Assembly: GCA_964016885.1 (NCBI GenBank)
Contig: OZ024740.1
Coordinates: forward strand, 258,106,001 to 258,170,000
DNA from: Eledone cirrhosa
Lineage: Eukaryota
Length of the DNA: 64,000 nucleotides
Reading direction: 5' to 3'
Shown one piece after another: positions 55,412 through 64,000 of the stretch. Position 1 is the first letter of the stretch; every line of letters begins with the position of its first letter. Made by a program: the position numbers and the translations under genes. The notes below the pieces were generated by a model. The model did no database searches and had not been told where the DNA came from. It saw nothing but the letters and a program-made list of their open reading frames with translations.

Positions 55412-55711
55412 TACTTATATATATGTGCATAGACGTATATGCGTATGTGTATATACTTCTGCACGTGCCTTTGTTTTGTATTTGAGCGTGTATCATATAT
55501 ATAAGTTTAGCAAGAAGTAAATTACGTGAGGCAAGGTGTGATGTCGCGTGGCATAGAGTTTAGGGTGTAATTTCGAGTACTTCCGGGTGGCACTTTGTGT
55601 TCTTGAATAAGTTACTATATCCCACTCAGATGGTGAAAAATAGGTGTACTTTCATTTCAAAAGTCCCAGCCTTTTGACGCTGATACTCCCTGTTAACTAC
55701 GTTAAGGGTCT

Positions 55712-55800
<89 letters not shown>

Positions 55801-55805
<5 letters not shown>

Positions 55806-57760
55806 CGTAAAATAAGAAAATTTTAAAAAATTAACTTACTTACTAAAATGTTCACTCCAACTAATTAGTTTCTGCAATGGGGTAAAGACAGTTACGTAAT
55901 AAACTGTCGAGAATTCATTGCGTCATCAGGGAGTCGATTCTCAGCTAAGTCTCCAGGCAATGCGCGGACACTGGGGACTCATAATATATACTTTCGGAGT
56001 CTCATGCTGCCAATAAAAACACACCCGTTGGATTTCACTTCAATTTATAAACTCCCTGTCGGTTAGTTTGTTGATTGTCAAATCTCTTTCGACAAATGTT
56101 CTGCGACCTCCTCAGTGACTAATTTGTTATTCTGTGTCCCTCCTTTGTTCTTTCCTACATAATCTTTTTTGTGTGAGTTGTGTGTTGCATACTTAAGCTG
56201 CGCATGCATTATATCTGGGTTTGTGTGTGCGTGTATTTTTAGTTATCTATACGTTTATTTACTTGTCATTAGTTGTTTGCTTGTTCTATCTGTATGTGTC
56301 TCTGCATTCTTTAGCTTGTCCTGAGTTACCAGTTGTGATGTTGTTGCTATTCCACTCATGCTTTCAGTTTAGTTTTGTTCGGTGTTCGTTTATGTTTGTC
56401 GCTTCTGTAATCTGTAATGTTGGTGGAATACTGATAAGTTTTTCCTATATGGGTCTTCTCAGCAGTGATAATTTTCCGTTCTCCTATGCTATGAGCTGTC
56501 TCGCCTATAGGTGTTCCTATTCCTACAGTTTCCCACCATAAATCTTATGCTACATACGGCGTTCCTAGTTTTGCAGTGAAACTGTAGGCTTAATTTGCAG
56601 ACTACACATTTTCTAGCAGTACCGGAGTTCTCTCAAAGGATATGTTCTACTAATTAGGGCTTTAAAAAGAAAACCAGTTTTTTCTACTGCTTTAATATTT
56701 CATTTTTGTTTGTCTGGAGCCCTTCTAAATCTGTAAATTGATTCGCATCTGGTGGTTGCAATGACGAACATTACACTCTGGTATTTATTGCTGTCACATT
56801 ACGAGTTGATCTTATTAGTTTTCTTAGTTCTCTCTATTCTATTCCAAAATGTGCTCCTATACATGGTGCAAGTCCAATTCGCACAATTTTCTACAATCTT
56901 CATCTATTTCGACATAGCAAGACTTTCATGGTGTTCGAAATAGCTGAGTTTTGGTGGATCAGGTAGTTGGATGCTATGGGTTTGGCATAATGTGAATGTA
57001 GGATTTGTGTTTTATTACTAATGGTTTCTAACTAGAGTTCTGTATCTAGTACAGATAATCTATGTTTGGGGCGTTTGGTTGAATAGGTTATGGTAACTTT
57101 AATACTCTGGTGGATGGAAGTACCTATTTGGTGGATACTTTCCATGGTGATCCTCAGTCCTGACTGTTCTACTGCAGGGGCACTTTCACTACGATGTTGA
57201 TTTCATCTACATAGCGGGAGTACATAGTCAGCGTTATAGAGTTCTCATCTAAGCCTTCCTTAACTTTAATGTCCCACCATACCATAACGAGTTGAGTTTC
57301 ATCCCCAGCATTATGACACCAATGGCAACCTCCTCTTCTTGAGCATATGCTTTGCCATTGAGCTTAAACCTATGTCCCGTAAGAGTTAGACTTGTAATGG
57401 CCTCCACCGCATGTGCAATCATTTTTTAAATTGGTCGTATTTTCGGTGTTCCGCATGGCTCTGGCCCACCCATTCCATCTTTCTGTGTAGGTCTTCTTGG
57501 CCATTGAGGTAATAGTAGCTGGTCTGGCTTTCGCTGGCCTTCTGGGACAAAGGCTGCTAATCCTTGTCTTGTGTAAGTCTGAGTAGGATCCCCGGCCCGC
57601 TGGTGTCAATCCCATGGCATTCTACTTCACTCACACTGATCATCTCCACACAATGTTCCACAGCAAAATCTACGCCAATGGATGGGTATAGGGACATCAC
57701 ATCCATGCTACCTATTTTACAACCTTTCAAGTCCCCATATAGGTTTCATTCGTTGATTTT
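55801..57760 (-). mobile_element. Ancient PLE relic (Hydra-type-like RT) with 3' pLTR HHR
   Basis: Minus strand: GSMDVMSLYPSI...LCPRRPAKARPATIT...EEVAIG...YVDEINI...TMESIHQIGTSIHQSIK, then decayed GIY-YIG FHCKTRNAV..., then the HHR. Confidence 0.65.
55854..55934 (-). ncRNA. Type I hammerhead ribozyme, canonical core
   Basis: ACTCC-CTGATGA-C-GCAATG..GACAGTT..AACTGTC..CATTGC-A-GAA-ACTAATTAGT-T-GGAGT. Confidence 0.82.
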
Positions 57761-57860
57761 GCTTAGGAGGTTTTTCGTGCTGTCACATATCTAGATATAC
57801 GTTTATGTATATATACGATAACAGGGAGAGAAACACAGAGAAAGAGAAACAAGCAGACAG

Positions 57861-57921
<61 letters not shown>

Positions 57922-57925
<4 letters not shown>

Positions 57926-58031
57926 AGAGTATTGAAGTTTGCTTGAAGCATTGTGGAATAATAAATAAATATCTTTAAGTCGTTTGGAAGCCTCGACAAT
58001 GCATTGTCGAGGCTTCCAAACGACTTAAAGA

Positions 58032-58038
<7 letters not shown>
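57922..58038 (-). mobile_element. Fold-back insertion: perfect 74-bp palindrome (57965-58038) plus a one-sided tail, within (TA)n
   Basis: Centre CAATG|CATTG, no spacer. Confidence 0.8.
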
Positions 58039-58074
<36 letters not shown>

Positions 58075-58112
58075 ATAGATAGATAGATGGATAGATAGAT
58101 AGAAATTGAGAT

Positions 58113-58189
<77 letters not shown>

Positions 58190-58624
58190 GATATACCAGT
58201 ATATGTGCGGAACTCAAATTGAATACTGCACTCTGTTGTTATTCTTATTATTTTCTCATACATCATCATGGCTCATCTTCTCTGTCAATTATGACGTTCA
58301 ATATTAACTTATTGACGTCTAACCATATTTTATATATTGATATATTTGACAGTCTGAAATCCTCTCATTAGTCTTTACCTTAATGATTTGTTTTGAATAC
58401 GTTTGGTGTGGTGGACTGCCGTCGATTTTGACAATCACTGGCCCAGTTTGGTTTTTCTAACAACGAAATAGCCTACATATGGATTAAACGTGAAGAGTTT
58501 TATAATATAAGTGGCTGAACATTCCATAAACCCGTATACTATTCACGTTGTTCTCTGGGAGATCTAATGTGACGCAATGCTTGACAAGGTTTTCCTTTTA
58601 AATTACTGGTACATCCGCGAGTCC

Positions 58625-58890
58625 GTCTGAAGACCGGTGGCTCATTAAGCCGATGCTTATCCCGATTTCCATGGCATGAAGTCATTGCAAGTAGAAGGAT
58701 TTCCCCTGGACAGGACTAAAGTGCAACGCAGGGTTAAAGACACAGCTACTGCTGATATTCATTTCAGCTGAGTATACTGGAGCAAGTAAAACGATGTTTT
58801 GGTAAAAAAAAGTACAACATACAACACGATTCAGGAATTGAACACACGACAATATGATCTTCTGTTCAACACTTTAATGGCTATGATACG
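58625..58890 (-). mobile_element. Old diverged SINE of a second family (related heads at ~18590-18700, ~43625-43745, ~55545-55640)
   Basis: Minus strand has a tRNA-like head remnant, TTGCTCCAGTATACTCAGCTG, and CCTGCG...TCCTGTCCAGGGG...CTTCATGCCATGGAAATCGGGA. Confidence 0.5.
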
Positions 58891-58917
58891 TACCATCACA
58901 CACATATACATGCATTA

Positions 58918-59047
<130 letters not shown>

Positions 59048-59331
59048 TTCAAGAGTAACCAATCTTAAAGAGAGAGATGGAGATAGGAGAGGAGATAGGA
59101 GAGGAGAGATTGGTGAATTAGTTAGAACCCAAAGCGTAAAGGCATGTGCTCAATGTGCAATATGCAGTGGAAGGCAGCTAGGTGGCTGGGTTCATGCAGA
59201 GGTTAGGTGCACAGAGCTGGAAATATTCATAGTTAAGCAAAACAAGACCACAGATTTCACAAGGAAGACATTATTAAAAGATTGTCAACATATTTTGGTT
59301 TGATGTAAGGAATGTAGAGAATAATAATAAT

Positions 59332-59916
59332 AATATTAATAATAAAAATGTCCGTTAACAATTGTTTTGCTACTCCATCTAATATTTCTGGATCAAATGA
59401 TTATATATCATTATTGATCTGGCTCAGTTGAAAATAATTAACATAGGTAGAAATAGAGCAGCTCATCGGACCTTCAAAAGGAATATAAATTAAAATAAGG
59501 AAAGAATGTTACATAAATGTAATGTTCCATATGTTGGTATTTCACTATGGTGCCCTGGGTATATCAATTGTCTGCCATAGTGGAGCAGTATTCTTCTGTC
59601 GAGCGATTCTTCTGTTACCCATAGGCAGATCTCACACAATGCAGCCTCGACAGAAGAATACTGCTCCATTATGGCAGACAATTGATATACCCGGACACAA
59701 TAGTGAAATACCAACATATGGAACATTACATTTATGTAACATTCTTTCCTTATTTTAAATTATATTCCTTTTGAAGTTCCGATGGGCTGCTCTATTTCTA
59801 CCTATGTTAATTATTTTCAACTGAACCAGATCAATAATTATATATAATCATTTGATCCAGAAATATTATATGGAGTAGCGAAACAATTGTAAATGGACAT
59901 TATTATTATTAATATT
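59332..59916. repeat. Long hairpin: ~270-bp inverted arms, 42-bp spacer
   Basis: 59332-59603 is the reverse complement of 59646-59916 with scattered mismatches. Confidence 0.93.
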
Positions 59917-59921
59917 TGTAT

Positions 59922-60117
59922 AGGGCGGTGAATTGGCAGTATCGGTAGAGGGTCGGACGCCATGATTTGACGCATAGAGTTACGGCCCTTGTCATTCTGG
60001 GTTCAAATCCCGCCGAGGTTAACTTTGCCTTTCATCCTTACGGGGTCGATAAAATAAAGTACCACTAATGCACTGAGTAATTGCTGGCCTTGTGCCAAAA
60101 AGTAGAAACAATTATTA

Positions 60118-60120
<3 letters not shown>
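59922..60120 (+). mobile_element. tRNA-derived SINE
   Basis: Full consensus match; ATTATTAATAT on both flanks. Confidence 0.9.
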
Positions 60121-60171
<51 letters not shown>

Positions 60172-60178
<7 letters not shown>

Positions 60179-60495
60179 AAGTTAAATAAAAGTCAAATGA
60201 TTAAAATTTAGCTTCGTTTATTACTGCTATATATATTTCAGTGACAGCCATCTTTGGCTGTGACCTCTTCAGGCAGTTTGAATTAGTATACTAATTCAAA
60301 CTGCCTGAAGAGGTCACAGCCAAAGATGGCTGTCACTGAAATATATATAGCAGTAATAAACGAAGCTAAATTTTAATCATTTGACTTTTATTTAACTTTA
60401 TTTTACACTACTCCGGAGTAACCAAACCAACCTGCGCACTTCGTCGAGTGCTCCAGCCTGCATACTGAGGTGTTGGTATACAACCAACATAAACT

Positions 60496-60500
<5 letters not shown>
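60172..60500 (+). mobile_element. Fold-back HHR element: perfect 234-bp palindrome (60172-60405) plus a 95-bp tail, within (TA)n
   Basis: Centre AGTA|TACT at 60288/60289. One HHR per arm. Confidence 0.88.
60300..60354 (+). ncRNA. Minimal type I hammerhead ribozyme (mirror copy on - at 60223-60277)
   Basis: ACTGC-CTGAAGA-GGTCACAGCCA-AAGA-TGGCTGTCACT-GAA-ATATATAT-A-GCAGT. Confidence 0.85.
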
Positions 60501-60577
<77 letters not shown>

Positions 60578-61173
60578 TAAAATAATGAATAAACAAAGAA
60601 ACAGTTCCTTATATTAAAAAAAATTCATCATTTTACGATCGTTTCTAGGATATATATGTGTTAGAGTTGGTATGCATATTCTATAGATCTATGTACAATA
60701 GTTATACAAACTATCAGAGGGAATATACATACCTACACATATATATGCTGTCTTCAGCAATAATGATATTTGTTTATTGAAAAAAACAAAGATTCAATAC
60801 AATAGGTCTGTTTGGGAACAGGTTTTGAATTGACCAATAGAGAGATAGTGAGGGTCAAGGTAGTAATATAGTAGTAGAATAACATTAAATTATGGGTAGA
60901 GGAAGGTAGATTTCAGTTTTGGATAGAAAAGAATATTATGAATGAAGGATTATTTTAGGGAAGAAAATAGGTCGTATGTTGACCTCAGAAATAATGTTAT
61001 TTGTTCATTGAATAAAACCAACAAAAATCTAATATATTCTGTCTGTTTGGTAAGAGGTTTAGAATTAACCAATAGAAAGTTAATAATTGGCCAAATGGTA
61101 AAATAGTAGTAATTGAAGCTTATTTTAGGTTTTTCTCAGTTTATGATTACACGATATTATTAATTCCTGTCGC

Positions 61174-61303
61174 CGTAAGGATGAAAGGCAAAGTTAACCC
61201 GCCGAGGTTAACTTTGCCTTTCATCCTTACGGGGTCGATAAAATAAAGTACCAGTAATGCACTGGGTAATTTGCTGGCCTTGTGCCTAAAGTAGAAACAA
61301 TTA
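61174..61303 (+). mobile_element. 5'-truncated SINE with 5' inversion and 18-bp TSD, nested in a small hairpin (61127-61410)
   Basis: TSD ATTATTAATTCCTGTCGC at 61156-61173 and 61300-61317. An inverted CCGTAAGGATGAAAGGCAAAGTTAACC precedes the sense core. Confidence 0.88.
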
Positions 61304-61731
61304 TTAATTCCTGTCGCTTATTTAATAGGATATCCTTAGATTTCATTATTTCAAATTAAATACGCGACAGGAATTAATAATATCATGTAATCATAAACTG
61401 AGAAAAACCTTTAAATATTATAAACCTAATTAATATACACTTTAGAAATTAATATATAAACTGTTTTTAATTTAGTTAACCTATAATTAATATTCTACTA
61501 CTGATGAACTACATAATTTTGCTTTCCTTCTTACAACTATCATTTCCTAAAACTGATACCATTAAGTAAACATATATAATGCTTTAACTTCAGGTTAAGA
61601 CTCTGTGCTCCTTGAAATCTATATATATTTATTATTTCTCACTAATAAATTTAATCCCCCCCCCCAATAATTATATGTATATGTAAATGTGATTGTGTGT
61701 GTATATATGTATGTATGTATGTATATTTGCA

Positions 61732-61774
<43 letters not shown>

Positions 61775-62482
61775 ATATATATATATATATATATGTGTGT
61801 ATGTGTGTCTGTGTGTATGTGTATATATGTATATATATATATATATTTGTATATATATATATTATTTTTATATTCTTTTAATTTCCCCTCTTCTTTAACA
61901 GCACTTTTCAACTGCATCTAAGTCTTATTTATCATATCTATATGTATTAGTATAATTTTATCAATATAAATATACCCATCAATTAAATTAATTTATATTC
62001 TTTTCATAGTTGTATTTTTTTTCACTAACACTTTAGTCTCCTTAGATATTTGCATTGACATTACTATTTTATAACAGCAACTGCTTGTATACCTTTTACT
62101 GACCACCTGACCTATTTTAACCCCTAAAATAAGCTTCAATTACTACTATTTTACCATTTGGCCAATTATTAACTTTCTATTGGTTAATTCTAAACCTCTT
62201 ACCAAACAGACAAAATATATTAGATCTTTGTTGGTTTTATTCAATGAACAAATAAAATTATTTCTGAGGTCAGCATACGACCTATTTTCTTCCCTAAAAT
62301 AATCTTTCATTCATAATATTCTTTTCCATCCAAAACTGAAATCTACCTTCCTCTACCCATAATTTAAGGTTATTCTACTACTATATTACTACCTTGACCC
62401 TCACTATCTCTATTGGACAATTCAAAACCTGTTCCCAAACAGACCTATTGTATTGAATCTTTGTTTTTTTCAATAAACAAAT

Positions 62483-62623
62483 ATCATTATTTCTGAAGAC
62501 AGCATATATATGTGTAGGTATGTATATTCCCTCTGATAGTTTGTATAAATATTGTACATAGATCTATAGAATATGCATACCAACTCTAATACATATATAT
62601 CCTAGAAACGATCGTAAAATGAT
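62483..62623 (+). ncRNA. Type I hammerhead motif with ~105-nt helix II (mirror copy on - at 60627-60767)
   Basis: ATCATTATTT-CTGAAGA...GAA-ACGATCGT-A-AAATGAT. Helix II pairs ATATATATGTG/TACATATATAT and GTATGTATATTC/GAATATGCATAC. Confidence 0.72.
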
Positions 62624-62748
62624 GAATTTTTTTAAAATAAGGAACTGTTTCTTTGTTTATTCATTATTTTATTAATTTATCTTGACTCTGTTTTCCGTTT
62701 ATTTTTCACCGAAAATAGTTTTTGAATGTATCTTCTCTCTCTCTCTCT

Positions 62749-62822
<74 letters not shown>

Positions 62823-62943
62823 AGGAGGTGAGCTTTTATTGTAGCACAATAAAGCAATAGATATCATCCCATGATGATATTTGTTTTTGAAATGCGCTTA
62901 ATAAAATACTCGGAACTCTTTTAACCATCCTTTGATCGTATAT

Positions 62944-63092
<149 letters not shown>

Positions 63093-63784
63093 GGCAGACT
63101 AAATTGAGTTAGTATCACACAAATAAACATCTCCCAACCATGGTTTCAAACACAGAAGAAACAATAGAAGTAATTACCAATTATTGAAATAACCAATACC
63201 GGAAGAATCTGTGATTCTCTTCTCTCTTCGGGGGAATTTACTTTGGAATAAGAGGATATATTGATCATAGAATATACAGACTGTTTCATTGTCGAAACCA
63301 CATGGTGTCCAAACACGTTGCACTGTTGAACTACAAAATTACCAAATCTCTCTTAATATATTAGGACTATGCGACAGGCTTATAATGACGCTAGAAATAG
63401 CAGCCAAATATTCAAGCCAACAAATTAAGTAGCTAATATGAATCAAAAGGTTATTAGTCTCTAATACTTAAACATCTCAATCTATGGGTAAAATATATAG
63501 ATACAATATCACTCAGAGAAACAATATTATATATTGCTTCTCTAAGTATATCTTAAATAAACTCGATTTAGAGGAGTATAAGCAAGACAGACTAAAATAA
63601 GTTAGACTCACTCATGCCCTCATATTAATATCTCTTGGCCATGGTTTCGAACACAGAGGAAACAATAGAAGACATTACCAATTATTGGAATAACCAATAT
63701 TACAAGAGTCAGATATTGTATCTATATATTTTATCCTTTCATTAAGATATTTAAGTATTAGAGACTTGGCGACCAATAAGCTTT

Positions 63785-63867
<83 letters not shown>

Positions 63868-63876
63868 TGTGTGTGC

Positions 63877-63947
<71 letters not shown>

Positions 63948-64000
63948 TGTGTGTGTGTGTGTGTGTGTTTATGTGTGTGTAGTGTTTTTGTATGTCTATT

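Larger units (their letters stand above)
60571..62731 (+). mobile_element. Composite pLTR-like element with ~555-bp inverted arms (60572-61129 / 62123-62677), each carrying an HHR
   Basis: Arms are near-identical reverse complements. The right arm continues ~55 bp further. Confidence 0.8.

Noticed and set aside
59490-59758. Mirror-image ORFs MFHMLVFHY on both strands
   Set aside because: A consequence of the inverted repeat.
61501-61630. CTGATGA...GAAATCTATATA as a possible hammerhead
   Set aside because: I could not pair helix II or helix I; probably decayed or chance.
63130-63720. ~65-bp imperfect direct repeat about 500 bp apart
   Set aside because: Real but diverged, with no HHR core or terminal signature found; too weak to assign.

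Overview
AT-rich animal genomic DNA. It is most likely octopus/cephalopod, inferred from the dominant tRNA-derived SINE and the very dense (TA)n/(CA)n/(CT)n microsatellites. One 200-N scaffold gap lies at 26038-26237. I can support no intact host protein-coding gene; the YI/HT/CV/LS-rich ORFs are translated microsatellites. The window is mostly decayed transposons: a near full-length L1/Tx1 LINE, two R4/Dong fragments, RTE and CR1 fragments, an internally deleted Helitron, an internally deleted hAT, many SINEs, and Penelope-like elements (PLEs) resembling the Neptune, Naiad and Hydra types. The strongest signal that the ORF track does not show is RNA-level. By eye I can fold well over ten type I hammerhead ribozyme (HHR) motifs on both strands. 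Several lie in non-coding elements made of slightly more than one tandem unit (461, 592 and 820 bp) or in fold-back palindromes, and most are joined to (TA)n tracts. This suggests several retrozyme-like families, possibly with circular RNA intermediates, mobilised by PLE machinery and leaving fold-back junctions. All structures and family assignments were made by manual inspection, without any database search.
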